DNA of 64,000 bases from positions 52,700,001 through 52,764,000 of the forward strand of contig NC_059429.1 of the NCBI RefSeq assembly GCF_021028975.2, given 5' to 3'. The number at the start of each line of letters is the position of its first letter. The stretch's first letter is position 1. Below the pieces are notes generated by a model. The model searched no databases. It saw only the letters and a program-made list of their open reading frames with translations, and had not been told where the DNA came from. This document shows positions 11,431-24,560 of this stretch, piece by piece. Position numbers and translations under genes: made by a program. Origin of the DNA: Sphaerodactylus townsendi (lineage: Eukaryota).

Positions 11431-14400
11431 TTCTCCAACAGTGGGGCTCAGTCATCCAGACTGGTTAGGTCACACCTCAACTGTTCAGGCAGGGCTGTGT
11501 AAATTATTTGCATACTCTCATGGACTGCAGGAGGCTATCTTTCTCCTGACTGAATAGCCCTGCTGTTTGGGCAGTTCATGAGTTTGCTGGGTCCACTAAT
11601 TAGAACTATAAAGGAAAAAGTGTTGTGATACTTATTATGATTTAAGAAAAGTCCTTGAGGGAATCCTCGTCCTCTGCTGTTGCATCAGGAATCAAAAGAA
11701 GAAGGAGGCATTAAGGAACAAATCTGCTCACCTGGATAATTCAGGTCAGAGAGAGGTTCCTCAGAAGGACCATCTTCTCAGGGCTGGGCAGAATCACAGG
11801 CTTTTCCTGTGGCTAAAACAGCTACTGACCAGGGATCTCAGGGGCTGGTACCAAGCTTTTCTGTCCCTATAGAACCCATTAATTTGGGCTTAGGAGAGCA
11901 CAGCCAGCCTGCCTGCCGCTTTGAAGGCTGATTCGGTGGAGGAAGGAGGGTGTGCCATTTTTCTCATCTTGAATATGCCACCTCCATTGGGTGTTGTCTC
12001 TGCTGCTCGTAGTCAGACTTCTGCCAGGTTCCTCCAACTTGGCTGCACGTACCTCCTGGCAGTTTCCTGCAGTTGGTAAGCCCAGTAAAGCTGTCACCCT
12101 TATTTCCTGCGCCCTTTTATTCTCTTCAACTTCAAACCTGACACCTGCAACCCTGGAGGCTTCTGCAGGGAATGAACACCTTCCAGACTCCCCAACACCA
12201 GCAGCTCAGGGACTGGATCTCTGGCGTAGGTTCTTCTAACAAACCGCTCACCTCGCAAAAACGTTCTGACTAGAGACCACGCAATCCCGACATGAGCCCA
12301 AGAGATGGCAACAGCTCAGATGAAGAGCCTCTGCTTTCTGTCTTCCTTTTTTCGCAAAATGTGTTAAGAGAAGGGAAAGACTGTGTAAACAACAGAACCC
12401 TTGGAGGGCACCTTGGACAACCTGTGGGAGAGACGACAGACCCCAACGTCTGTCAGAGCCATCAAGGGGCAACTGGATCTCAGAGTCTCCTCTTGGGACC
12501 TTCTGATCCTGTGGACCAGAGCATTGCGCCAGATATTTGAACAGCATTCTCAGGGGCTCCCACTATTGCTACAACTACACTTTGGAGATCCAGAGAGCTG
12601 TGATTTTGGTGGCTGATTCATCACTGGACAACATGCAGTGTTGTGCAGGGAACAAGACCGTGAACATCCTAGTCTACCACAGCCTAATTTCTTTTAAAAA
12701 AAAACCTTAACTAAAACTAGCTTAGCTGCAGGAGGGTCCAAAAGGAAGATTTCTCTTCAGGATCACAGCTTCATACAATGTTCGGGGGGGGGGGTGGGTG
12801 AAGTCGATACCATCTTCCCTTTCCAGATGATCAGATGCCTTCACACAGTAAGCCTGCCTCCATCTGACTGCAAGTTTAGAGGACACCTGACACTCTTCCT
12901 CCAGGCCTGGGAGGAACACAGTTGGGCATTGGGTATTGTAAGGATGGGGTACAAAATCAAACTTACCTCCCCTGCACATGTTTCAGAGAGTTCCAATCCC
13001 AAAGCCTGGTCAAAGGTGGCAGTTCTTCAAAAAGATGGGCAACACCCTCAAAACATGGATGCAATAGTGAAAGTGTCTGCAAGAGATCGAGGGAAGAGAG
13101 TTTCTTCTCCATTCTTCATAGTTCCCAAAGAGTTTGGGAAACCATCTCAAACAATTCAAGCTGTGTGTAGCAAAGAAAACCTTTAGGTTGGAATGGCCAA
13201 AGTCTGTCTTATAGGCTGTCCAGCAGAATGGTTTGCCATGGAGCAGACTGCATTCCTGATCCCTGCATTTCCCTGCCAGATCCCCACATTTTCTCCATTC
13301 TGGAGACATTAAGCAAGGAAGAAGCACAGAAAAGTCTTCTTGGCTCTTTGATTGAGGGGGCAGTGGATGCAACCTGCTCATCTGGCCCAGGAAATAGAGT
13401 TGATGCAGGTACACCAGATCCTTTTCACAATAAGCGCCAGTACAGGCAGCTGGAGAGTTCATTATCTGGACTAAAAAGGGCAAGTGACATGAATTGTCCA
13501 GGAAGCTAGAAAATTTATAAACTGATTAACATTAAGGGCACCTTGAGGGTGTTTCAACAGCTAATGAAAGAGCTACATGTTTTAGTCCAGAGAGGTAGCT
13601 CTCTTACTACCAAGGCCCACATTAGGCAATAGGGCACTCTTGCTTCATCAGGTGACCCTCATTCTTCTATATTGGGCTGAGAAATATGTATTCACTTTTA
13701 AGGGATGAACAGCTGCAGTTAAGGGTGTAGATATTGAAAGACTATACCTGGTGCAGCTGGAGCTGAAAGCAAACACCCTAAGTTGCCAGGTGGTTACAGT
13801 AGCAGCAATTCTGGAGTGCAGAGGGTGCAGACACCTAGCTTCCAACATAGTGTTTAGGAAGTTTTCAAAAAGAGTTGCTCAACTAGTACCTTTAGTTTCC
13901 AACACATATTCCACATGGAGTCTGAGCAAAGTGTTTAGGACTGTTATTGGGAATCCTTGACAATGGTCAATCAAAAATGCTTTTCTTGGAATGTGTTTTC
14001 TTTCTGGTCACCTCAACATCAGCCAGAAGGGAATCAGAGGTAGGTGTCTTTTCAGTTAGATGGGAACTCTGGACCTTCCAGAAGGATTCATGGACCCTCA
14101 GACTAGATTCTTCTTTTCTGTTTACAACGTGGAGACAGTTCCACCTGAGTCAAGTCATCATGCTTCCCTCCATGCAAAGGGCTCTTCGTTTTTTGTAATA
14201 ACGAGAAGTGTGGTCTTTATCATTCTGTAAGGTAACACAATAAAAACTGCTTGGGTAGACGGGCTTTGAAAGTAGCCCCTAGCCCAATGGCTCCAGGACT
14301 GCATAATGACTGCCTGTGAGGTGCAGAGTTGCATTGTGCCTAACAGTATCACAGAGTATTTGACCAAGACATCAGTTGCACTTACCATGTTTGCTTCCAG

Positions 14401-14960
14401 GGCTCCTGTTGGAGCAGTCTGTTGAGCAGCTGCTTGGTTATCTATCAGCTTGTGAGGCACTATCGATTAGACTTGTGAAAACCGATCAAAGGTGCTTTTG
14501 GAAAGTAAGTCATGCAGCAGGACTTCTAAGATAAACTTTTTACATACAATAGCTGTAAGCACAGTTCAAGGTGTCTTACTGTATCCCACCCTAGTTTGGC
14601 TGCTGTGGTATGTATCCAGTCTGAATGACTATGCCCCACACTGTTGGAGAATGATGCATTGGGCTTACTGTGAAGGTGTCTTCTCTTCAGTGGGGCTGAG
14701 TCATCCACTTCCCAATGCCTCCCCCCCCCCCAGCCCGCCTGCCCCCCAAAAGCTTAATGATGTTGTGGTGTGGCAGTAGAAGTAGGAATGTGAAGCAGAG
14801 CTTTTCTGTGACTGGAGAGGGTCGTCCCTGTACAGTCCAGGAGAGTATACAGATAATTTACATATCCCTGCCTGAACAGTTGGAGGTGTGACCTAACCAG
14901 CCTGGATGATTTCACCCTGCTGAAAAGAAGGCGTCTTCATGGTGAGTCCAGTGAGGAGTT
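11431..14960 (+). mobile_element. Decayed DIRS-type tyrosine-recombinase retrotransposon (copy 1)
   Basis: Inverted terminal repeats ~11451-11550 and ~14810-14910. Internal complementary region 14616-14708. RT remnants (RGHLTLFLQAW...GYKIKL, SSPFFIVPK) and YR remnant (FLVTSTSARRESE). Confidence 0.85.
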
Positions 14961-17112
14961 TGGTGTATATGAGAGCATTTGCTTCATAAATCAGCCTTCT
15001 AACACATATTTCAATATAGAAGCTTGGCATAGTCTGAACTTATACCTACAGGTTGATAAGTTAGAAAGATGGCAGGAGGGGAGGTCACACATTTTTTTAG
15101 CATTGCCTGAACATGAGATTGCTTGGAGGTGCTGTGCACAGCTTTTTTTTTTCATGCATATCAACAGCTTTTTAGGCTGCAAGGGAAGGAGAGTTATGTC
15201 CATGGTACCCCCATAGCACCAGAATGCATTGTGGATGGTGAAAACTTTTTCAGATATAGTGGGCTGTAGGCTTATTTCCTTCTCCTTTTTTCCCTTCTAA
15301 AGTAGATTGGCAGCAGGAACAAATGCCAGCCATCATAGTAGTGCTCTGTAGTGCTTTATTAGTAGTGCTTTATTAATGCCTTAGATAAACATATTATGTC
15401 CCACAATGCAGTATGTAGGCCCCTTTGCAGGTTAGTTTTGTAATTTTAGCTACTTGTTGACTTTCTTTATAAAGGATTAAGTTTGCACACTATATACTGA
15501 AGAAGTTTGCTATATTCAGTCTTTGAAGCATCTTTTTAATGGCTTTTTTAAAAAATCAATCTTTATGTTCACTGTAAAAAGAAGTCTGCCAGTAACTACC
15601 AGTACATATAACTTAATACCTGTGAGTTTTGTTTAATTACCCCAGAAGTAACTATTATAGAATGATAGCATATTTGATATTTCAGTGTGTTGTTTCAGAA
15701 AATGAGAATTGGTGCAACCTTGTTGAAAGATTGTACAAATAAAAATTGTGTTGTCCTAAATAGAGTTACAACCTTCTAAGCTGACAGATTCCAATGGTGT
15801 AACTATTGGCTGTGCATTGGCAGTCTGGTTAATGTCCAGTTTAAGCTGTAGGACACCTAGTATGTCATATTGGCAGTAGGTAGATAAAGCAATTTTGAAA
15901 TGACAAAATAATGTTGCTTGGGGAAAAGGCCCTGGCCTTTTTGGTACTCTGGTAGGCAGAGTATGGTCTGATTTGACTGGCATTCTGCTTCTGCACAGTA
16001 CACTTCTGCTTTGCCTGTACTGTGGCATTTCCCAAGAACATAAAGAAGGTCTTTCTTGTAGAATTAGAGACCCCTGTATAAGAAGTAATTGAACTGTGTT
16101 AGGGTTTTTTTTCCCCACTGGTGTACTATGCATGAGGTTGGTGAGTTGAGAAGCTTGTTCAGTTTCTGCAGTTCTTTTTAAAAAAAACCTCTGGAAGGTC
16201 TGGAACAAAAGCTTGAGTATGATGTCAATCTTTCAGATATAAGTGAAACTGAATAGGATGGTTTTTCAATAAAGTGGTTACTAGCTAAGTTGTATTGATT
16301 TAAGGTCTCTGCTTGACTTATTTGCATCAGTATATACTGTGTGTAATGATATAATTTTGGAGTCTGATATTGTGAAGTTAGTATAAATATTATATTTCCT
16401 TTTAGTCATTAAAACTGAACTTTGTATGTTATTTACAGTTCACTTTTCTCTGAGACTCAAGGTGGATCACATAGTTAAGTCAGTGCAATCAAAAGAATGA
16501 GGAGATATCTTATAAACAGTGTGACAGGACTAGGAATCAGAAATCTGAAATAAATGTTGAACTTGGCATGCTAATGCAAGTAATTGTATTATTTTTTTTA
16601 ATTACTCTCTGTGTGTATTACTTATTACTCTACATTTTTTCCTGTAGGAATAACAGTTCCTCTTTTTTGCCAGATAATACATTCTAAATAATCTTTCTTT
16701 TTAATAGTTTTTCAACTTTCATTTTTCCTCCTTGTGGTTATCTACTTCTCCAGTAGACAGTCTAGAATGCAACAATATTCCTTCCTAGATATGTAAATTG
16801 CTACTTCTCACACATAATACAATGAGTATTATTTCTAGAACTCAAAACAACTGAACTTCCTTTTCTTGGTGTTTGATATTGACTGGTCTGACCTTTTAAT
16901 TATATCCCACCAGATAAAATATCAGTTTAATCATCCAGTGTTGGTACTTGGTGTCAGAAACTTTCACATTTGTCATATTCTAAACTGAGCCAGATTATTG
17001 ATAATTGAAAGTAAAAATAGTCTGTGTTTTTAATGCTCTTTTGGCATGCTGTATGCTGTATTGCAAAGCATTTAATGAAATTAATGGCCAAATATTTAAT
17101 ATTTCATTTTAG

Positions 17113-17152
17113 CTTTTGGAAGTCAGTTACCACCTATGCATCAGCAACAGAG
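17113..17152 (+). CDS. FUBP1: FUBP1 exon 4 (SFGSQLPPMHQQQR)
   Basis: ttttag acceptor, gtaaga donor, phase-consistent. Confidence 0.92.
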
Positions 17153-18049
17153 GTAAGATCCGATTTTTAATTGATTTTTCTAAAAACTAACATGCCTATT
17201 AGATTCTTTCTGAAACGGAATTCCATGTAATGTGAACATTACTCGAAGGAAGAAAGGAATGTTTGAATTAATTGGATCACTATGACAGCCTTGATCTGTT
17301 AGGAAGAAAGTAGTTATAACTAAGAATGGCACATGTAGCCATGCAGTTGCATTCATGGAAATAATTAAAGGTTGGATATTCATGTGTACTTCCAGATGGT
17401 TGATAGTGTCCAGAATAAACAGACCAGAAAAGGGCATTTGGATGTTTTGGGGTTAGATTGGAGCCTTTAACACAGAGGTGCCCAGCATAATTCAGACAGT
17501 GGGACTTCTGGAATGTTAAGGGAGGATATTGGACACCTCCACAAAATCTCTTCCTTGGGGGCTGAGCCCAGTCATAGAATGTTGAGAGATGTCAAGACAA
17601 GCATCCTTTTATGATAGGAAGCAGTAGTTTCCAAATCGTGATGCCATCTGCACTCTTCTGAAGTACTTCCTGCCCCAGTATGGTGGGGAAAGGTATAGTT
17701 AGTTTGATGTTTTGTGGATGAGATGCTCTGGGGAAGAAGGAAGTGGGCACCAGGAAACATTGTGACAGATGTCACAACATGGGCACTACACTGGAGTTTA
17801 CTGCTGCCAATACAAATTTTTAGGGATAACCAGTTTCAAATAATAAAATGGTAAGTGGCTGGGAGAATGTTAGTGCTATTTTTCAGGTGCAAACAGGAAG
17901 ACTTCTCACTGTTAGGTTGTCCTCCACTCCAGAACAGGAAGAAACTGTTGATTTGGTTGTTAGCAACATAGAGAAATCTCTGCTTTCATATTAAACTGTT
18001 CGTAAGCAAACTTGACATAATATCAACAAGACATTGTTGTCAGCGAGGG

Positions 18050-18365
18050 TACAATCAAATCATCTTGTTATCATAACATGGTGCATGCCCAAAAAAGTTT
18101 AGGTTGAATCTAGGTGTGCATAACATATTATCAACCACACCTTTGCATAACAAATTCCACCCTAACACTTACTGATTGGTTCCCCACCCTGGGACATGGA
18201 CAATATATACCCTACTAAAACATTCCCTTCTCACTGGAAACAGTGTGTAACAGACTTTCCTCTGTGATACACTTCTGAAGATGCCAGCCACAAATGCAGA
18301 CGAAACGTTAGGAACAAGATCCAACAGACCACGGCCACACAGCCTAGAAAACCTATCACATCCAG
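18050..18365 (+). mobile_element. Penelope-like element 3' repeat fragment with hammerhead core
   Basis: CTGAAGA(18275)-tgcc...gac-GAAACGTTA; same sequence family as 35163-35414 and 50390-51056. Confidence 0.75.
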
Positions 18366-18559
18366 ACTCTTAACAGTTTGCTGCACTGAGTTATGATACA
18401 GTTAATGTTAATGACATTTAGTTGCTCAACCAAATTAAATTGCTGTGAGATGTGGGGTATTAAAAGGCAAAGAATGTCGCTACATGTCCTGTCTGTTAGA
18501 ATGAAGGAAAGTATAATCAACATGTCTTGTTTCTTCGGGTGTATGAGTTGAATTGTAAC

Positions 18560-19140
18560 TCGGGAGTGAGCATTGGTGAAGCTGAACCAGCTTTAATTCC
18601 CCCCAGTGGTTTTTAAAATGACTTTTTTTTTGGGGGGGGGAGGGTTGGATCACTTGCTACAGCAGCAGAGAGGGAAGAAACCCCTTTTAAAAGAAATTAA
18701 CCCCTGCTTTGGCACTTTTGCACAGATGTCCACAGTGCTTTAAAAGTTTAACTTCTCCCCTCTGCTCCATTTGAAATCTTTCTAGGGCCTTGGGAAAGGC
18801 TGTTTTTAAGGTAAAGGTCTGCCACCAAATTTGGTAAAGATTGGGTTGGGGTCCAATTTTATGAGTCCCCATCTTCATTACATTGGCAACAGTGAAGGAT
18901 GGCTGGGGAGACCTTCTTTGGGGACTCATAAGACCCAGTCTTCACCAAACTTGGGGGCTCTTTTGGAAGTCTCCAGATGCTATGCTGAAAAGTTGGTGTC
19001 TGTGCCTTTAAAAGCATCCCCAGAACCCTGGAAAGATTTCACATAGGCTATAATGGAGCCAAATCTTCTCAGATCACCTTTTCCCCCACAAAACCCCATA
19101 CTGGCATGGGGATTTCAGGAATCTTGAAAATTTTTATGAT
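18560..19140. mobile_element. Decayed non-autonomous DNA element fragment
   Basis: Shares ccaaacttggggg/ccaaatttgg and tataatggagc-like motifs with the internal part of the 60732-62308 element. Confidence 0.4.
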
Positions 19141-19564
19141 TTTTTGTTCACTCCCCTAATTGTAACCTTTCATTAAATTTTCTTGTGTTGTTCCATTGCT
19201 TCACAAAATGTATCCTATTTGGTCTTATTTGTGACGTTTTTAGATTTAAAGCTAGCCACATGTCAATCTGAGTATCTGTGAAATATATAAACAAATAGAA
19301 GTGTGTGTATCAAATTCGTGTGTGTGTATGTGTTGAATTGCCCCTCATATTTACGTCATTAATACTTTTTAAAATTTGGAGTAAAATAAGTGATCTTATG
19401 AGCGTCAATAATAGATATAGTTCAATCATCTAAAACTTTGCAGAAAAGAATAAGAACTTGGCTTCATTTAAATTTCAAGGAAAGTACAAAGCATACTGTA
19501 CTAGTTAGTATAGACAGAGAATTGGATTCCATGCCAGGTGCAAATGTGTTTATGTTTTGTTCAG

Positions 19565-19614
19565 GTCTGTAATGACAGAAGAATATAAAGTTCCTGATGG
19601 CATGGTTGGATTCA
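19565..19614 (+). CDS. FUBP1: FUBP1 exon 5 (SVMTEEYKVPDGMVGF; KH1 start)
   Basis: Splice sites and KH1 sequence. Confidence 0.95.
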
Positions 19615-19701
19615 GTAAGTAGTTTCAATATATAACAATATAATGATACTATAACAGAAATTACAAGTGGGTTAACTCTGGTTTGCTTTTCATTTCTCCA
19701 G

Positions 19702-19773
19702 TAATTGGTAGAGGAGGAGAACAAATTTCCCGTATACAACAAGAATCTGGATGCAAAATACAGATTGCACCTG
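19702..19773 (+). CDS. FUBP1: FUBP1 exon 6 ([24 protein letters not shown])
   Basis: KH GxxG loop, splice sites. Confidence 0.96.
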
Positions 19774-20045
19774 GTAATTGTTTCACATGTTACTGTTAAA
19801 GATGTTTAGAATGCAGTCAATGTTGTGGGGAAAATCATAACATTACAATAGTTAGCAGCTGTTAAAAGTAATAAAAGTAATAAAATGTAAAAGGTCATTT
19901 GGGGAAAATTTAAGCAACGAATTACAACTGTGACAGATTTTGGACAATTTAATTAATCTATTTCAGAGGTGTAATTAAATATGTAACTATCCATCACTGA
20001 TTTGCGTCTTCCTTGCTAATATTCTGTACTGTTTCTGTTTTATAG

Positions 20046-20103
20046 ATAGTGGAGGTCTTCCTGAAAGATCTTGCATGTTAACTGGGACTCCAGAATCCGT
20101 GCA
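20046..20103 (+). CDS. FUBP1: FUBP1 exon 7 (DSGGLPERSCMLTGTPESVQ)
   Basis: Splice sites, in frame. Confidence 0.95.
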
Positions 20104-21728
20104 GTAAGTGTGTCCCCTGTATTTTTTAAATAGGCTGACATATTTTGCGTATAATTATTATCTCTTCAGTGATGTGTGTTAACATAAAATTTTGCTGTGT
20201 CAGGCAGGGGTTAACCCCATGGGACTTGAAATAGAGGGATTTGTTGGATTTTCTTTCTTTAGAAAATAGGGATTCATTTTCATACCAAGAGACTTGCAGG
20301 TGTATCAGTACAATTTGTTGTCTGGGTCATCTAATCTCCATAGCTCCTCAGATCAGCTTGCTGACTGTATTCCCATCATCCGGGTGGCCTGTCATTTTAA
20401 TATCTGTGTTGCATTTACATGCTCAGTGAAATATTTCTGGCTCATTATCTTGCAAACTGGAAGTAATGGCAAGTTTGCTGAACTGCTACTGTACCCAGTC
20501 ACTGGAGGTCAGGCATGCTTGTCCAGGATGGTATGTACGCTGAGGACTAATCCAGCTTCACTACAGCAAGAGAATATAAATACATGTATCAATTGAAAAT
20601 AATGAGGCAGCCTAGGGTTCAAAAACTATTCTACACACCTCTACACACAGAGATATCTTTGCTGAACAGCTTGGCTGTGCCTCCCATAGCCAACCCATTT
20701 AATAATAGCATTTCTACCTGTTGTTGAGCTACAAAAAAGTTCCTCAGTCTAAAGCTGACTTTCCCCAGCCCCACTTGCACACAAATCAACAGCTAATTAC
20801 AGCAGCCTCACAAAAGAAAACTCTATCTTTGCAAAGTATTAAATGAGGACCATCTCGCTTTTGCTTGCTTAATTTTTGTAACCCTGGTTCCCTACCTCAT
20901 CTGCAGCTGGCAACAATGGGCTGGCTTAGTACTCTTACTATAAGCCTGTATCGGAGCACTGGGAAATGAAAGGTAAAGTGGAGAAAGGGGCATCTCACTG
21001 GAATCCTTTATAGAATGCCGTACCGTTGCTTGATTTGCTGTGGAGCCTTGGGGAGGGGGAACGTAGAAGGGCAGTGAATGTGAACTTCTGCCTAACATAT
21101 TCGATCCTTACTGAAACATCAAGTTCCTATTCCTAAGTGAGTTGGTTCACAATTTTTAGAAGGGAAAAATGAGAGAATATGATAATGATGGTGTAAATCC
21201 TGTTGTAGAGGAGCAGGGAAACAGAAGGGAATAGATTGACGTTGTAATAGTAGTAGGACATTGTAATGCAGGTAGCACAGCCTTGCATGCCTTCCCTGTG
21301 CCCACCAGCAGCAGCCCAATCACCCTTTTTTCTTCACCACCAGTCATGCGTGCTTCAATCCCAAGATGTTATCTGCTTCTCTCCCATTCTTTTATCTTAG
21401 AGGTTCTCAATCTAGCATGTGGCAGTGCAGGAGCAACCAGGGCTCTGCTGCTGATTTGGCTCTGCACTAACATAGGGAGGCAGAAACCTTCCCTACTTCA
21501 TTTTGGACATCAGCGGTGGGCCTTTAGTTTGCAACTCTGGGTACAAACTTGCAGTTGCTGCCTGGCACCTGAGAGTTATCAGGGGCTGCACTAAAATATA
21601 AAATCCTGTATGCTGAAAATGAGTCTAGCTCCTAAACTTTTGATCTGGCACCTAGAGCCAAAGAAAAGTCTGTTCTATGCCTAACCCTCATGTTTGCATC
21701 TTAGAGACTTAAAGAGTCATCAACAGTT

Positions 21729-21899
21729 TGGATTTTATGATGGGCAGCCCCATTCAAAGGGTGGATGCCTGGCCATGGCAGGCTGTGGATTTTATGATGG
21801 GCAGCCCCATTCAAAGGGTGGATGCCTGGCCATGGCAGGCTGTGGATTTTATGATGGGCAGCCCCATTCAAAGGGTGGATGCCTGGCCATGGCAGGCTG
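21729..21899. repeat. Perfect 57-bp tandem repeat x3
   Basis: tggattttatgatgggcagccccattcaaagggtggatgcctggccatggcaggctg at 21729, 21786 and 21843. Confidence 0.97.
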
Positions 21900-22268
21900 C
21901 TGCTCCCATGGAGGCTTTCCAGCAGCCTGGGGAAGCTTGCAACACGAAAAAACCTCCCCACCGACAAGAAATCCCCACTGGACTTAATGGACTGCCGATA
22001 TAACAGTGGCAGTGGCCAGGAGGGAGCCCACTACCATCAGCTCCTCTCCTGGACTGCCCCTGTTTCATGGGGGGGTGGAAATGGTGTGGGGGTGCAGAAA
22101 TGCTGGCACTGCATCCGGTGCCACTGCCACCACCCGCGAAGACTGCCAGGGCTGCACACTGGCTAATGTGCCCCTATGCTGGGGCAAGTGCCCCAGGGAG
22201 GGCAAATCCACTGGCATAGCCACGTGTCACTCCTAACTGGATTTATGCCCTCCCCTCATGGGACTGTT
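21858..22268. mobile_element. GC-rich MITE-like element
   Basis: Imperfect termini cagccccatt...atgggactg; GC-rich body in an AT-rich intron. Confidence 0.45.
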
Positions 22269-23267
22269 ATCAAAGCACATTTAATTTTTGTGTAACTTCA
22301 ACACTTAGCAGTGGCTGTGTTCTAAGATTACTTTGAAGATTGTTCTGATCTTGTTCTTATGCAGTTCTGAGGATGTTGCTTCCATTTTTAGTGATTGTTA
22401 AAAGGAAGCCTGTTGATGGAAATTTCCTGATACCTTTTATGTGTTCATTTATGCACAATAATGGTTATTAGTCCCCTTTTAGTGTTGTTTGTTTATGTGT
22501 TTCAATTGAATTTTTTCATTTTAATTATTTTTAATTGTTAAAATGTGGTGTTCTTACGTTCACTGCCTGGTTGATCCTAATTGGGTGGAAAGGCAGTATA
22601 AAATGTTATTGATAAAATAAACAATATAGTGTTTTACAGATTTAGCTGTTTTCTCTATCATTTGGGAAATACAAATGTTGATTATGACTATGTGTACAAA
22701 ACTTTATTGGTGAAACATTTTTTATTCATTTATGTGATTAGGAGGGAAACGTGGAGTAAATCCCTCTTGGACTGAGACAAATTAGACTGCTAAGTATATG
22801 TGATTACAATAAGATATCAAATAGATATTAACAATATTAATTCAGATAATAGCAAAAAATTATTTGATATGATATAGATGATTACATATTACAATAGTAT
22901 TGCACATTTGGTGATAGTATATATATTGGGAATATTGTATAATACATTAACCATTGCAGTATTGATGTGCAGCGTTATGGTTATTGATTGCGTTATTTTC
23001 TGATTTTTCATAATTGTCATGAATGCAGTTCCCAAATGTTACTCCAAACAATGTGTTCGTATTGGCTGAGAACACAGCAAACTGTATTCTGCTTTGCTGA
23101 TTGTAAAATATGATTTATCTTTTGATGGACTATAGTTAGGTTTCAGAAGCCATGGTGTCATACAGTTAGAGTGTAGATAGTTGAAAGGAGGCTTTCTTCA
23201 AAATTGCATTGCTATAATTGATAAATACACGATAATGGATTTAATTAAAATGTTCATGTCTGAGTAA

Positions 23268-24560
23268 GTTTATTTATTTATTGGGCTTGATATACCACCT
23301 GCCCCTGAAGGACTCTGGGTGGTATACAAAATAAATTACCATAGAACACTGTAAAGCCCCAATAAATACCAATATAGAAGTTAAAAACATAACAGTCAGC
23401 ATAACCAATTAAACAATAAAAAGAACAGCAGATGGTGACCCGTGACTAATACAGCCTCTTCCATATATTCCTGGGATGGGATTGGGCCATGATGGCAATA
23501 GTAGATGGTAACATGCAGCATGCCTGTAGAATATACAGGTGTCAGAGCACACAAGGAATGGCACCTCAACGGCCAGCCTCCCCAAAAGCCAGGCGGAACA
23601 GCTCTGTTTTGCAGTCCCTGTGTAACTGCTCCAAGTCCTGCAGGGCCCGAATAGCTTGATGCAGAGCATTCCACCAGGCAGGGGCCAAGGCGGTAAAAGC
23701 TTTGGCCCAGGTTGAGGCCAGCCGAATCATAGAGGGGCTGGGGACCACCAGAAGATTTCCCTCTGTTGAACACAGAGGCTGAATGGGGATATGAAGGAAG
23801 AGACAGTCCTGGATGTATGATGGTCTCAGGCTGCGAAGGGCCTTAAGGGTCAACACCAATACCTTGAAGGTGATCCGGTATTCCACTGGGAGCCAGTGCA
23901 ATTGGCATAACATGGGGGAAATATGATCTTTAATAGAATTAACTGTGCCACTGCCTAGCATCGCCATGGTTGACACCAGATCCACAGCCACTGAACATGG
24001 ACGTTGAAGTCCCCCAGAACAATAAGTCTGGGGAACCGCAATACCCAGCAGCCATGACAGGCTGTCTCCCGGTGCACTAGGCGACCAGTACACCAGGAAG
24101 ACCACCAACCTCTCCGTGGTCTCCCACTCTAGGCCCGCACACTCAATACCGGTGATCTGCGGAACAGGGATAGCCCTGAAAGTGATTGACTCATGGATGA
24201 GCATTGCTACCCCCCTCCCCCATGCACACGAAACCTGGCAGTGAGATCTCACACAAGGCTACTGTCTCCCCCTTACTCATCCAAGTTTCGGTGATACATG
24301 CCAGGTCCATTTGCTGGGCTCCAAGATAATCTCAGAGCATTGCAGTCTTATTGTTGATGAATCTGGCATTGATCAACACCAAGGACAAAGCAGAGGAAAC
24401 CTTGAGCCCACAACCCTCATCTCTCGGGATAGGTCAGAGGTCAAGAGGGGGGCGAGCATAGTAGCTTCTCAGCTCCCTTCTATCATATGACCTCCACCTA
24501 CCATCATATCTTCCCCGCCCCATCAAAACTGGGATCTCCTGCCCCATTAGTGCCATTCCT
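23268..24560 (-). mobile_element. L2-clade LINE with large internal deletion
   Basis: APE motifs (LINARSINNK, ACITETW) joined to the ORF2 C-terminus (HISPMLCQLHWLPVEYRITFK); (TAAA)n tail. Confidence 0.85.

Noticed and set aside
21729-21899. CRISPR-like appearance of repeated units
   Set aside because: Head-to-tail repeats with no spacers, in a vertebrate intron.
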